A stretch of 64,000 bases of DNA from Holophagaceae bacterium (GTDB lineage: Bacteria > Acidobacteriota > Holophagae > Holophagales > Holophagaceae). Both the position numbers and the translations under genes were made by a program. Below are positions 8,676 through 18,263 of this stretch, piece by piece (the first letter of the stretch is position 1; every line of letters starts with the position of its first letter). The DNA lies in the NCBI GenBank assembly GCA_035255465.1, contig DATEZP010000060.1:5159-69158 (forward strand). Direction: 5' to 3'. Under the pieces are notes generated by a model. The model worked only from the letters and a program-made list of their open reading frames with translations. It did not search any database and was not told where the DNA came from.

Positions 8676-8739
8676 CGCAGATGACGCAGATTAGGGAGGG
8701 GAAGTCCGGGCGGTCTCCCCGTAATCTGCGTCATCTGCG
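8676..8739. promoter_or_regulatory. Perfect 18-bp inverted repeat CGCAGATGACGCAGATTA (each arm is a direct duplication of CGCAGAT) with an inner GGGGA/TCCCC stem, in the divergent asnB/kbl region
   Basis: Left arm 8676..8693 = reverse complement of 8722..8739. No T-tract follows. About 45 bp upstream of the kbl start. Confidence 0.5.
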
Positions 8740-8784
8740 GAATCCTCGGATTCAACTAAAATCATGGTTTCGCCCGAGGTCCCC

Positions 8785-9978
8785 ATGCACGCCGCCTTCA
8801 ACGACCACCTCCTCAAGCAGCTCGCCCAGTTGGAGGCCGAGGGCCTCTTCAAGCGGGAGCGGGTGATGACGAGCCCCCAGGGTGCCTGGGTGGAGGCCAA
8901 CGGCAAGCGCGTGATCAACATGTGCGCCAACAACTACCTGGGCCTCTCCGGCCGCGAGGACCTCGTCAAGGCCGCCCAGGAGGCCCTGCCCAAGCACGGC
9001 TTCGGGCTCTCCTCCGTGCGCTTCATCTGCGGCACCCAGGACATCCACAAGGAACTGGAAGCCAAGCTGTCCGCCTTCCTCGGCTTCGAGGACACCATCC
9101 TCTTCGGCTCATGCTTCGACGCCAACGGCGGCGTCTTCGAAGCGCTGCTCGGAGAAGAGGACGCCATCATCAGCGACGCCCTCAACCACGCCTCCATCAT
9201 CGACGGCATCCGCCTTTGCAAGGCCAAGCGCTTCCGCTACGCCAACTCCGACATGGCGGACCTCGAGGCCAAGCTCCAGGAGGCGGATGCCGCCGGCGCC
9301 CGCTTCAAGCTGGTGGTCACGGACGGGGTGTTCTCCATGGACGGCTACATCGCCAACCTGCCCGCCGTGTGTGATCTCGCCGAGAAGTACAACGCCCTGG
9401 TCATGGTGGACGACAGCCATGCCGTGGGCTTCATCGGCGAGAAGGGCCGCGGCACCCACGAGCACCACCACGTCATGGGCCGCGTGGACCTCATGACCGG
9501 CACCCTGGGCAAGGCCCTGGGTGGCGCCTCCGGCGGCTACGTGAGCGGCTCCAAGGCCATGGTGGACATGCTCCGCCAGAAGGCCCGCCCCTACCTCTTC
9601 TCCAACACCCTGGCCCCCGTCATCACCGCCGTGAGCCTCAAGGTGCTGGACATGCTCGAGCAGGGCGACGCCCTTCGCCAGCAGCTGCGGGCCAACGCCC
9701 TCCACTTCCGCACGGAGATGACGAAGCTGGGCTTCAAGCTCCTGCCCGGCGAGCACCCCATCATCCCCGTGATGCTCTACGACGCCCCCCTGGCCCAGGA
9801 GTTCGCCAAGCGCCTGCTGGACGAAGGCGTCTACGTCATCGGCTTCTTCTTCCCCGTCGTCCCCAAGGGCCAAGCCCGCATCCGCACCCAGATGAGCGCC
9901 GCCCACACGATCCAGGACATCGACACCGCCGTGGCCGCCTTCGCGAAGGTGGGCCGGGAATTGGGCGTCATCCAATAA
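8785..9978 (+). CDS. kbl: Glycine C-acetyltransferase (2-amino-3-ketobutyrate CoA ligase)
   Basis: AOS-family PLP enzyme; [14 protein letters not shown]...[21 protein letters not shown] before the ATG at 8785; the track ORF starts at 8764. Confidence 0.9.
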   Translation: MHAAFNDHLLKQLAQLEAEGLFKRERVMTSPQGAWVEANGKRVINMCANNYLGLSGREDLVKAAQEALPKHGFGLSSVRFICGTQDIHKELEAKLSAFLGFEDTILFGSCFDANGGVFEALLGEEDAIISDALNHASIIDGIRLCKAKRFRYANSDMADLEAKLQEADAAGARFKLVVTDGVFSMDGYIANLPAVCDLAEKYNALVMVDDSHAVGFIGEKGRGTHEHHHVMGRVDLMTGTLGKALGGASGGYVSGSKAMVDMLRQKARPYLFSNTLAPVITAVSLKVLDMLEQGDALRQQLRANALHFRTEMTKLGFKLLPGEHPIIPVMLYDAPLAQEFAKRLLDEGVYVIGFFFPVVPKGQARIRTQMSAAHTIQDIDTAVAAFAKVGRELGVIQ

Positions 9979-9983
9979 CGTTT

Positions 9984-10070
9984 CACCACCAAGACACCAA
10001 GGAAGACCACGATTCCAAGGCCCGCGACCCTCACTTGAATCAGTTCTTGGTGTCTTGGTGTCTTGGTGGT
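9984..10070. repeat. Intergenic hairpin repeat, family B (arms = CACCAAG x3 / CTTGGTG x3)
   Basis: caccaccaagacaccaagg ... ttcttggtgtcttggtgtcttggtgg. Copies at 15979..16080 and 56645..56739. Confidence 0.6.
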
Positions 10071-10092
10071 TCATTAGTTCCGGAGAATGGCC

Positions 10093-11127
10093 ATGAAAGC
10101 CCTCATCAAATCCAAGTCCGAAGAAGGCATCTGGATCACGAACGACGCGCCCAAGCCCGAGATGGGCGTGCGGGACGTGATGATCCGCATCCACAAGACC
10201 GCCATCTGCGGCACGGACGTCCACATTTACAACTGGGACGAGTGGAGCCAGAAGACCATCCCCGTGCCCATGGTGGTGGGACATGAGTACTTCGGCATCG
10301 TGGAGCAGGTGGGCTCCGAGGTGGAGGCCTTCAAGCCCGGCGATCGCGTGAGCGGCGAGGGCCACCTCACCTGCCACTTCTGCCGCAACTGCCGGGCGGG
10401 CAAGCGGCACCTCTGCCGCAACACGGTGGGCGTGGGCGTGAACCGCCCGGGCTCCTTCGCCGAGTACCTGGTGATCCCGGCCGAGAACGTCTACAAGATC
10501 CCGGACAACATCCCCGACGAGCTCGCCGCCATCTTCGATCCCTATGGCAACGCCGCCCACACGGCCCTGAGCTTCGACCTCGTGGGCGAGGACGTGCTCA
10601 TCACGGGCGCCGGCCCCATCGGCATCATGGCCGCCGCCATCGCCAAGCACGTGGGCGCTCGCCACGTCGTGATCACCGACGTGAACGACTACCGCCTGGA
10701 CCTGGCCAAGAAGATGGGCGCCACGGCGGCCGTGAACGTGGCCAAGGACGATCTCAAGCAGGTCATGCAGAACCTGGGCATGACCGAGGGCTTCGACGTG
10801 GGCCTGGAGATGAGCGGCAACGCCCGCGCCTTCAAGCAGATGCTCGAGACCATGAACCATGGCGGCAAGATCGCCATGCTGGGCATCATGCCCGGCGAGC
10901 AGGCCATCGACTGGAGCCAGGTGATCTTCAAGGGGCTCGTCATCAAGGGCATCTACGGCCGCGAGATGTTCGAGACCTGGTACAAGATGGTCGCCATGCT
11001 CCAGAGCGGCCTGGACCTCAGCCCCATCATCACCCACCGCTACGGCATCGAGGACTTCCAGAAGGGCTTCGACGCCATGCGCAGCGGGCAGAGCGGCAAG
11101 GTCGTGCTGGACTGGGGCGTGAAGTAA
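10093..11127 (+). CDS. tdh: L-threonine 3-dehydrogenase
   Basis: [15 protein letters not shown]...[10 protein letters not shown]...GHEYFG, a Zn-ADH family match; canonical kbl-tdh pairing. Confidence 0.9.
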   Translation: MKALIKSKSEEGIWITNDAPKPEMGVRDVMIRIHKTAICGTDVHIYNWDEWSQKTIPVPMVVGHEYFGIVEQVGSEVEAFKPGDRVSGEGHLTCHFCRNCRAGKRHLCRNTVGVGVNRPGSFAEYLVIPAENVYKIPDNIPDELAAIFDPYGNAAHTALSFDLVGEDVLITGAGPIGIMAAAIAKHVGARHVVITDVNDYRLDLAKKMGATAAVNVAKDDLKQVMQNLGMTEGFDVGLEMSGNARAFKQMLETMNHGGKIAMLGIMPGEQAIDWSQVIFKGLVIKGIYGREMFETWYKMVAMLQSGLDLSPIITHRYGIEDFQKGFDAMRSGQSGKVVLDWGVK

Positions 11128-11134
11128 AAGCGCT

Positions 11135-11201
11135 GGTCACCGAGGAAGAGAAGGAGGGCGCGGAATCAAATCCGCGCCCTCCTTCTTTTCCTCACGTGAC
11201 C
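11135..11201. terminator. Long, roughly 28-bp-stem bidirectional hairpin between the convergent tdh and the lipoprotein gene
   Basis: ggtcaccgaggaagagaaggagggcgcgga atcaaa tccgcgccctccttcttttcctcacgtgacc. Confidence 0.6.
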
Positions 11202-11217
11202 AGCCCGCTTGAGTGAG

Positions 11218-11838
11218 CTACCGGACCGGCTGCGGCCCCGGGATCGGCGGGAGCCAGGCTTCCTTGATGGTCTCGCCGGTGTTGATGAGGATGTCCTGGG
11301 CGAGGCCCTCACCGCCGGGGGTCATGTCCTTGCCGAGGCAGGAGAGGTAGTAGGCATCGAACTTGGTGTTGAAGACCTGGCGCACGGGGCCCCGCTTCAC
11401 CTGCACATCCTGGATGGGCTTGGAGACGAAGGGGCGGTAGAGGTAGGGATGGCCCCAGGGCGTTTCGGGCACGCGATCCAGGTACTCGGGCACCAGGTCG
11501 CCCAGGCTGGCGGGGTACTCCCCCTTCTTGGACCTGTGGCGGCTCAACGCGTCATTCAAGTGGCGGAGGTCGCCGCGCACCCGCTGGAGCTGCTGATCCT
11601 GCTCCCGCTTGATGAGGGTGTCGATGATCATCAGATCGCCCTTGGCCTGTTGGGCCGCGGGGCTATCCGGGTAGGAGGAGATGAGGTTCTTCATCATCAC
11701 CCGCGCCTCGAGCCCCTTGCCCTGGAGGTTGGCCTGGCGGGCTTCCTCATAGAGTTGGGCGGGGAGCTTGGGATCCTCGGAATCGCAGCCGATTCCTAGG
11801 GCCAGGACCAGAACGGCGGGCACGAGAAGGGGGCGCAT
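11218..11838 (-). CDS. Lipoprotein with type II secretion pseudopilin (GspG)-like C-terminal domain
   Basis: MRPLLVPAVLVLALGIGC lipobox; KKGEYPASLGDLVPEYL...PWGHPYLY resembles the GspG C-terminal region. The rest of track ORF 11218..13191 is antisense junk. Confidence 0.6.
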   Translation of the reverse strand: MRPLLVPAVLVLALGIGCDSEDPKLPAQLYEEARQANLQGKGLEARVMMKNLISSYPDSPAAQQAKGDLMIIDTLIKREQDQQLQRVRGDLRHLNDALSRHRSKKGEYPASLGDLVPEYLDRVPETPWGHPYLYRPFVSKPIQDVQVKRGPVRQVFNTKFDAYYLSCLGKDMTPGGEGLAQDILINTGETIKEAWLPPIPGPQPVR

Positions 11839-11895
11839 GGGAGGAACCTTAGCACACAGGAGCGACTCCCGGGGCGTGTCCAGGCACAATGGGGG

Positions 11896-12552
11896 GTGGA
11901 GGGCGGTGTGACCGATAAACCTTGGCTGGTGGGAATCGTCGGAGGGTCCGGCAGCGGAAAGACCTCCGTGGCGCGGGAACTCATCCGCCGCCTGAAACGG
12001 CGGAAGGTGGACGTCACCCTCCTGGACATGGACGCCTACTACGCCCCCAAGGAGATCAACAAGGCCCGTTTCGCGCCCAACCCCATCAACTACGACCACC
12101 CCAAGGCCTGGGACGTGGAGCTCATGGCCGGCCACCTGGAGGCCCTGAAGCGGGGCGAGGAGATCTGCAAGCCCATCTATGATTTCACCGTGTCCGACCG
12201 CACCGGATGGGAGGAGCCCATGGCTCCGGGCCCCGTGGTGATCCTGGAAGGCCTCGTGCTCTTCGCCCTCCCGGAGATCCGGGAGCAACTGGATGTGAAG
12301 GTGTTCGTGGATACGGATGCCGACATCCGCATCCTCCGGCGCATCGAGCGGGACATGTCCGAGCGGGGCCGCAGCCTCGATAGCGTGGTGAAGCAGTACC
12401 TGGGCAGCGTGCGCCCCATGCACATGGAATTCGTGGAGCCGAGCAAGCGCTGGGCGGACATCATCGTGCCCACCGGCGTCGAGAACAAGACCGCCCTGGA
12501 CATGCTGCTGCACCACATCCTCGGCAAGCTGGAGCGCGGCGAGGCGCACTGA
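11896..12552 (+). CDS. udk: Uridine kinase
   Basis: LVGIVGGSGSGKTSVAREL P-loop; overall Udk similarity. Confidence 0.85.
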   Translation: MEGGVTDKPWLVGIVGGSGSGKTSVARELIRRLKRRKVDVTLLDMDAYYAPKEINKARFAPNPINYDHPKAWDVELMAGHLEALKRGEEICKPIYDFTVSDRTGWEEPMAPGPVVILEGLVLFALPEIREQLDVKVFVDTDADIRILRRIERDMSERGRSLDSVVKQYLGSVRPMHMEFVEPSKRWADIIVPTGVENKTALDMLLHHILGKLERGEAH

Positions 12553-12560
12553 GCCGCAGG

Positions 12561-12632
12561 GAACGCGAAGCGTGCGGAACCGACAGGGCGCCTTTGGCGC
12601 CCTTCGCGCTTTTCTTCGCGCGCTTCGCGTTC
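12561..12632. repeat. Intergenic hairpin repeat, family A (second copy)
   Basis: gaacgcgaagcgtgcggaac ... cttcgcgcttttcttcgcgcgcttcgcgttc. The right arm is near-identical to 6701..6733. Confidence 0.6.
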
Positions 12633-12663
12633 TCGGGCCTACTCCCTGGCCCATAATGGCTCC

Positions 12664-13269
12664 ATGCGCTTGCTCCGTTCCCACTCCGAGGGCTTTGATC
12701 CCGGCCGGCCCTGGATCCAGGAATCGGAGGACATCCGCCAGGACAGCCGCCTGTTCCGGCAGATCGTGGCGCGGCGGCGAAGCCCCCACACGGAGCACCG
12801 GCACTCGTTCTACCGGCTGCAGGGCCCGGATTGGGTGAACGTGGTGGCCTTCACGCCGGAAGGTGAGCTGCTGGTGGTGGAGCAGTTCCGCCATGGCATC
12901 GATGAAGCGACGTTGGAAGTGCCGGGCGGTTCCTGCGATGAGGGGGAATCGCCGATGGAAAGCGCAGCCCGGGAACTGCGGGAGGAGACGGGCTACGACG
13001 CGGGGACGCTCATCTCCCTGGGCTCCTGCACGCCCAACCCCGCCACGCTCACCAACCGCTGCCATACCTTCCTGGCGCTGGACTGCCGTCCCGTGGGCGA
13101 ACTGAAGCTGGACGCGGCGGAGGAACTGCGGGTGTGGGCCTGCGCCTGGTCGGAGTGGGAAGGGCTGATGCGGGAGGGACGCATCCACCACGCGCTCGTG
13201 CTCACGGCGATCCTCAAGCTCCAGCAGTGGGAAGGGTGGTCCGAGTTCCGGCTTCGGCAGGGGTTCTGA
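12664..13269 (+). CDS. NUDIX hydrolase
   Basis: Nudix box GGSCDEGESPMESAARELREETG. Confidence 0.8.
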   Translation: MRLLRSHSEGFDPGRPWIQESEDIRQDSRLFRQIVARRRSPHTEHRHSFYRLQGPDWVNVVAFTPEGELLVVEQFRHGIDEATLEVPGGSCDEGESPMESAARELREETGYDAGTLISLGSCTPNPATLTNRCHTFLALDCRPVGELKLDAAEELRVWACAWSEWEGLMREGRIHHALVLTAILKLQQWEGWSEFRLRQGF

Positions 13270-14177
13270 TGGAGCGCCAGCGGGTTCTCGAGGCTCGGGG
13301 GCGTATCCAAGGGCATCTGCGCCTCACCCCAGTGGTGGCGGTGGAACTCCCCACCCCGCGGGGGCCCCGCGCGGTGACCTTGAAGTTGGAATCCCTTCAG
13401 ATCACGGGCTCCTTCAAGCCCCGGGGGGCGGTGAACAGCCTGCTGCAGCTGGAGGAGACGGACCTCATCGCCTGCAGTGGCGGGAATCATGGGTTGGCCG
13501 TGGCCTGGGCCGCCGGGCGACTCGGGAAGCGGGCCCACATCTACGTGCCGACCACGGCGGCCCAGTCCAAGATCGCGGCCATGCGGGCCCTGGGCGCGGA
13601 CCTCCACCTGGTGGGCACGGTGCCTGGAGAGGCCTTCGCGGCGGCGGAGGCCCAGGTGGCGGCCACCGGGTGGCCCCTGGTGCACCCCTACGATCAGGTG
13701 CCCACCGTGGCGGGGCAGGGCACCTTGGGATTGGAATTGCTGGAGCAGGCCCCCCAGGTGGGGCGCTGGCTGGTGGCCGTCGGCGGGGGTGGTTTCCCCG
13801 CGGGCGTGGCCCTGGCTCTGGGGGATCGGGCCCGGGTCCTTCCTGTGGAGCCCGAAGGGTGTCCCGGATTGTTCGAAGCCCAGCGGGCGGGGCATCCGGT
13901 GCCGGTGAAGGCCGAGGGCGCGGCGCGCACGAGCCTGGGGGCCCCCAGCGTGGGGCCGTTGGCCTGGTCGATCCTCCGGGAGCGGGCGGAGCCCACGTTC
14001 CTGGTGGATGAGGCGGCCATCGCGGAAGCCCAGTCCTGGCTCTGGAGCCAGCTGCGCATCGGAGTGGAACCCGGCGGCGCCGTGACGGTGGCGGCCCTCA
14101 TGCGGGGCGCCTGCCCGGAGGCAGGACCCATCGGTGCCGTGGTCTGCGGCGGCAATGTGGATGCCCTGCCGGTGTGA
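13269..14177 (+). CDS. PLP-dependent serine/threonine dehydratase family enzyme
   Basis: ESLQITGSFKPRGAVN (PLP lysine), GGGG loop. ATG overlaps the NUDIX stop (TGATG). The upstream 135 nt of the track ORF is spurious. Confidence 0.8.
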   Translation: MERQRVLEARGRIQGHLRLTPVVAVELPTPRGPRAVTLKLESLQITGSFKPRGAVNSLLQLEETDLIACSGGNHGLAVAWAAGRLGKRAHIYVPTTAAQSKIAAMRALGADLHLVGTVPGEAFAAAEAQVAATGWPLVHPYDQVPTVAGQGTLGLELLEQAPQVGRWLVAVGGGGFPAGVALALGDRARVLPVEPEGCPGLFEAQRAGHPVPVKAEGAARTSLGAPSVGPLAWSILRERAEPTFLVDEAAIAEAQSWLWSQLRIGVEPGGAVTVAALMRGACPEAGPIGAVVCGGNVDALPV

Positions 14178-14198
14178 GAAACTGGGGGCCCACCCCGG

Positions 14199-15290
14199 AT
14201 GATCATGCGACCTACCGCAGCCCTTCTCTGTCTCGCCGCGCCCCTGCTGGGGCAGGCCCTGGATCCTGAAGCGGGCGTTCCGCAGCCGCCTTCGATCTGG
14301 TTGGGCGCCCGGCCCAACTCCAAATACGGGGAAGAGCTCCTCGCCCGCATCAAGAGCCTGGAGTCGGAGCATGTCCATCCCTTCTTCCGTCGCTTGCGGG
14401 AACAGCAGCGCAGTTTGAAGCGCCAGATCGACGCGGCGGAGCGGGATCTCATCGATGCCCGCGCCCTGCTCAAGGGGCTCAGCCAGGAACGGAGCCCCAT
14501 CGCCCGGGACATGGAGGCCGTGACGGATTCCCAGACCCGGATCCTGGATGGGCTCCGCAGCTTGGATCGCATCATCGCCCGGCTCCGCGCGAAGCATGAT
14601 CCTCAGCAGATCGACGCCGACGAACTCAAGGTCGACCTCTACGGCGGTTTCCAGTTCAGCAGCCTCTTCCGGGAGCAGGGCGCCAACGGCGGCTTCTTCA
14701 GCAAGAGCAGGCCCTACGTGGCCCTGGACATCCGCCAGACCTTCCGCAAGCCGGAATCCGATCAGTGGGTGGAGACCTTCGGCACCCTGAGTTTCCAGAG
14801 CAGCAGTGTGGAGCAGAGCGAGGCCGTCAACATCATCACCACCACGGGCCAGGTGCGGGCCGAGATCGGCGGCTGGTGGATGCAGGCCCTCAACGACCGC
14901 GTGAGTTGGGGCCTGGAGGGGGCCGTGGGCATGGTCGGCTACAGCGCGCCCGCCGTGGGGCCCGATGGCTCCACCCAGGATCAGGATTCCTTCCGGAGCC
15001 GGTGGCGCTTGGGGGCCACGGTGCGTCAGGAGGTGGGGGCCCTGCGCGGGTCCTTCGCCGAAGTGGCCTACGTCCGGGATCCCCTCTTCCTGGCCAAGGA
15101 CCGCCTGTTCATCCGGGGCCGGGTGGTGCTCACCCAGTTCGGCAGCGAGGGCGCCAGCGGCGACTTCTACACGGAAGGCTATGTGTCCAAGGGCCGCAAC
15201 GGCCGGGATGAGGCTGTGTTGATCGTCGGTATCCGCCTGTCCACGGTGGCTTTCTTCCGGAGCCTGGGATCGGGCAAGGGCAGCGAGTAG
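14199..15290 (+). CDS. Secreted hypothetical protein (signal peptide, coiled-coil, beta-rich C-terminus; possibly outer-membrane)
   Basis: MIMRPTAALLCLAAPLLGQA signal peptide; C-terminal half rich in alternating G/S/T/aromatic residues. Confidence 0.6.
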   Translation: MIMRPTAALLCLAAPLLGQALDPEAGVPQPPSIWLGARPNSKYGEELLARIKSLESEHVHPFFRRLREQQRSLKRQIDAAERDLIDARALLKGLSQERSPIARDMEAVTDSQTRILDGLRSLDRIIARLRAKHDPQQIDADELKVDLYGGFQFSSLFREQGANGGFFSKSRPYVALDIRQTFRKPESDQWVETFGTLSFQSSSVEQSEAVNIITTTGQVRAEIGGWWMQALNDRVSWGLEGAVGMVGYSAPAVGPDGSTQDQDSFRSRWRLGATVRQEVGALRGSFAEVAYVRDPLFLAKDRLFIRGRVVLTQFGSEGASGDFYTEGYVSKGRNGRDEAVLIVGIRLSTVAFFRSLGSGKGSE

Positions 15291-15325
15291 GGGCTGATGG
15301 GCGCATCCCGGTTGGAATGACTTAG

Positions 15326-15392
15326 CGCCACGAAAGGACACGAAGCAACACCAAGGGCTTTATTTCGTGTCCCTTCGTGCCTCTTCGTGGCT
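15326..15392. repeat. Intergenic hairpin built of CACGAAG / CTTCGTG 7-mers (hybrid of families A and B)
   Basis: gccacgaaaggacacgaagcaacaccaagg ... tttcgtgtcccttcgtgcctcttcgtggc. Confidence 0.5.
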
Positions 15393-15470
15393 GATTTTGG
15401 GCTCGATTCGGCCCTGGGAGTCACGCCCCAGGCTGATCCGCGATACATTGAATGGGTTGGAGGCGAGCCC

Positions 15471-15974
15471 ATGGCCAGCGAATACAGCTTTGACGTGGTG
15501 TCCAAGGTGGACATGTCCGAGGTCCGCAACGCGGTGGACCAGGCCATGAAGGAGATCGGGCAACGCTACGATTTCAAGGGCTCCATCTCCAAGATCGAAA
15601 TCAAAGAGGCCGCGGCCCTCATCCTCACCAGCGACGACGAGATCAAGCTCAAGGCCGTGGTCGATGTGCTGCAGAGCAAGCTCCACAAGCGGGGCGTGAG
15701 CATCCTCGCTATGGAGTTCGGCAAGATCGAAGCCGGCTCCAAGGGCAGTGCCCGCCAGGAAGTGAAGATCAACCAGGGCATCCCCGGCGACAAGGCCAAG
15801 TCCCTGATCGCGTCCATCAAGAATGCCAAGCTCAAGGTGCAGGGCGCCATCCAGGGCGATCAGCTCCGCATCACCGGCAAGAGCAAGGACGACCTGCAGG
15901 AGGCCATGGCGGTCTTCAAGAAGGAACAGGAAAAGCTCGCCATCGATTTGCAGTTCACGAATTACCGTGGATAA
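15471..15974 (+). CDS. yajQ: YajQ-family (UPF0234) nucleotide/c-di-GMP-binding protein
   Basis: MASEYSFDVVSKVDMSEVRNAVDQAMKEIGQRYDFKGS. GGAGG RBS before the ATG at 15471. Confidence 0.85.
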   Translation: MASEYSFDVVSKVDMSEVRNAVDQAMKEIGQRYDFKGSISKIEIKEAAALILTSDDEIKLKAVVDVLQSKLHKRGVSILAMEFGKIEAGSKGSARQEVKINQGIPGDKAKSLIASIKNAKLKVQGAIQGDQLRITGKSKDDLQEAMAVFKKEQEKLAIDLQFTNYRG

Positions 15975-15978
15975 AAAT

Positions 15979-16080
15979 CCACCACCAAGGCACCAAGACG
16001 CCAAGGAAAAGCCGATGAATGGCCAGCTCCGCAGCAAGGCCCTTCAAATCGGTTCTTGGTGTCTTGGTGTCTTGGTGGTG
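15979..16080. repeat. Intergenic hairpin repeat, family B (copy 2)
   Basis: ccaccaccaaggcaccaagacgccaaggaaaagcc ... ggttcttggtgtcttggtgtcttggtggtg. Confidence 0.6.
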
Positions 16081-16095
16081 AGAATTTAACTGCCT

Positions 16096-17091
16096 ATGTC
16101 ACGCCTCGACCTCCTCCGCTACTTCCTCCCCATCCAGGGCAAGCTGTCCCAGGTGGAGGATGAGCTGCAGCGCATCCTGCGCTCCGAAGTACCCGTCGTC
16201 GATAAGCTCGCCACCCACGTGCGGGGAGGGCAGGGCAAGCGCTTGCGCCCGGCGCTGGTGCTGCTCGGCGCCAAGTTTGCGGGGCATCAGGGCAAGGAGG
16301 ACATCCGCTTCGGTGCGGTGTTCGAGCTGATCCACACGGCCACCTTGGTGCACGACGATGTCATCGACCACGCTCAGCTGCGCCGCGGGAAGCCCACCCT
16401 CAACCGGCTCTGGGGCAATACCCTCACGGTGCTCTTCGGCGATCTGCTCTACCTCGTGGCCATGGACGAGGCCATCCAGGGCCGCAGCTGGCGGATGATG
16501 GAGATCCTCGCCGAGGTCACCCGGCGCATGACCGAAGGCGAACTCATCCAGAACGACGTGCTCTTCAAGCTGGATACGAGCCGCAAGGATTACTTCGACA
16601 TCCAGGAACGGAAGACAGCCCTGCTCTTCGGTGGCTGCACCGAGACCGGCGCCGTGCTCACGGGCCGAAGCCCCGAGGATTGTGCCGCCATGCGTGCCTA
16701 TGGCCTGGAGATCGGCCGTGCCTTCCAATTGGTGGATGACCTCCTAGATTACACCGCCACCAGCGAGCAACTGGGCAAGCCCGCCTTCAGCGACCTGCGC
16801 GAAGGCAAGCTCACGCTGCCCATGCTCACGCTGCTGGAGAAGGCCCACGACGAGGTGAACCCCTTCATCCGCCGCATCTGGGATCGCGGTGAGGAAGTGC
16901 CCATTCCCGCCGACGAGGAGAAAGCCCTCCGCGCCCTCATCGATCGCCATGACGCCCTGAAGGAAACCCGTGACCTGGCCCAAGGCGCCTCTGATCGCGC
17001 CATGGCCGCCCTCTCGAAGGTGGAAGGCGACGCCTCCACGAAGAAGCTCCTCATGGGGATTCCGACAATCCTGCTGGATCGGACGAAGTAG
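16096..17091 (+). CDS. ispB: Polyprenyl diphosphate synthase (IspB-like)
   Basis: LVHDDVIDHAQLRRG (first DDxxD), FQLVDDLLD (second). Confidence 0.85.
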   Translation: MSRLDLLRYFLPIQGKLSQVEDELQRILRSEVPVVDKLATHVRGGQGKRLRPALVLLGAKFAGHQGKEDIRFGAVFELIHTATLVHDDVIDHAQLRRGKPTLNRLWGNTLTVLFGDLLYLVAMDEAIQGRSWRMMEILAEVTRRMTEGELIQNDVLFKLDTSRKDYFDIQERKTALLFGGCTETGAVLTGRSPEDCAAMRAYGLEIGRAFQLVDDLLDYTATSEQLGKPAFSDLREGKLTLPMLTLLEKAHDEVNPFIRRIWDRGEEVPIPADEEKALRALIDRHDALKETRDLAQGASDRAMAALSKVEGDASTKKLLMGIPTILLDRTK

Positions 17092-17144
17092 GCCGCAACC
17101 GCTTCGGAATGTACCTGCGGCGTCTTGCACCCGTGGGTGCAGGC

Positions 17145-17486
17145 TCAGCCCCTGACGATGTCGACCGAGATCTCCACCGCCGGGATCGTTCCCCGGTTCT
17201 CCAACCAGTGGAGGGTGTTCCGATCCTCGGGCCAGCCCACCCCCGGCCCATACTCCGTGGCGACGCCATTGCGATGGTCGGTGATGGTGCCCTGCAGGAT
17301 GTAGACGGTGCCCGGCCGATCCTTATGGTCGTGGACCGGGCCGAAGACGGCGCCGGGCTCCATCGTCACCATGCGCATGCGAAGCTGCCGCCCAGCCATG
17401 CCCTCGATCTCAGGGCCAAGGTCAACGGTCGAAAGCAACTTCACTGTGACACCCCTGGTCTCAGGCGCCGATTCCTCATTGCTCAT
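17145..17486 (-). CDS. Cupin-domain protein
   Basis: MSNEESAPE...MRMVTMEPGAVFGPVHDHKDRPGTVYILQG. Start chosen at 17486. Confidence 0.65.
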   Translation of the reverse strand: MSNEESAPETRGVTVKLLSTVDLGPEIEGMAGRQLRMRMVTMEPGAVFGPVHDHKDRPGTVYILQGTITDHRNGVATEYGPGVGWPEDRNTLHWLENRGTIPAVEISVDIVRG

Positions 17487-17576
17487 CGGACCCTCCTCTC
17501 GTTGCTCTGGGGCTAGCTTTTCGAAAGCACCAGTGGTGGCGCATAGCGCCAGCGTCTGGTGCATGGAGTGGTTAGG

Positions 17577-18149
17577 CTACTCTTGCGCCTGCTTCGCAGC
17601 TTGTGCTTTTGGCTGCCACCCAAGGATTCTCGCAAGTGTTCGCTCGGCGAGTTCTGGGACAAACCTAGTTGGCGAAGCAGAGAACATTGCTGCGCCGGAT
17701 GATTGCTTCTGGTGAGTAGAAGACGCGACTAACCTTTTGTCCTGTAGATCGAATAATTCTAACGAGAAGGTTGCTCGATCTGGGTTCGAACTCCATTCCG
17801 TAGCGTTATCTTCCCAATGAGTGAAGGTTCCCTTGAATACATGTGTGTATCCTAGCCGCTCAGCCTCCTTGAAGCCGTCAGAGAGATCCTTTGAATCGAC
17901 AGAAGTAACGGTGCATCCATGAATCATCAATTGTTCCTTCAGGGAAGAGACCATTGCTTGGCCTGATCCAAAAGTTGGATCTTGCCCCCGTTCATGACCA
18001 TCGGGGATATTCAGCACGACAAATTTGGAGTTGGTAGGGATTTGGTAGCCAGGCATGACTTGGCCGGTGGTGATACTAATCGGCATCGCGCAGCCCACAA
18101 ATCCAAACATGATTGCCGCAATTGAAATTGAAGACATTAGCCGCATCAT
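17577..18149 (-). CDS. Lipoprotein (DUF4823-like); locally low-GC gene
   Basis: MMRLMSSISIAAIMFGFVGCA lipobox. Gene and its 5' flank (to about 18260) are about 50% GC versus about 70% in the neighbours. Confidence 0.6.
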   Translation of the reverse strand: MMRLMSSISIAAIMFGFVGCAMPISITTGQVMPGYQIPTNSKFVVLNIPDGHERGQDPTFGSGQAMVSSLKEQLMIHGCTVTSVDSKDLSDGFKEAERLGYTHVFKGTFTHWEDNATEWSSNPDRATFSLELFDLQDKRLVASSTHQKQSSGAAMFSASPTRFVPELAERTLARILGWQPKAQAAKQAQE

Positions 18150-18263
18150 GGGCTCCTCTCGGCATAGGGGAATCGTGTTGTAGAAGGGTAACTGGCAGCT
18201 AATTTGTTCAGGTTACATCCACAAAAAGTGGGGAGATCAAAATTGAGTAGCCTAAATTTGTAT

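Noticed and set aside
8522-8755. 77-aa minus-strand ORF in the asnB/kbl intergenic region
   Set aside because: Covers the CGCAGAT palindrome. No RBS, poor composition. More likely non-coding regulatory DNA.
9109-11037. 642-aa minus-strand ORF spanning kbl and tdh
   Set aside because: Antisense to two well-supported genes and crosses their intergenic hairpin. G/A/D/H-rich junk.
11839-13191. N-terminal 450 aa of track ORF 11218..13191
   Set aside because: Only the last 206 codons (lipoprotein with signal peptide) look real. The upstream part is antisense to udk and the NUDIX gene.
13694-14575. 293-aa minus-strand ORF
   Set aside because: Antisense to the dehydratase gene. R/S/A-rich.
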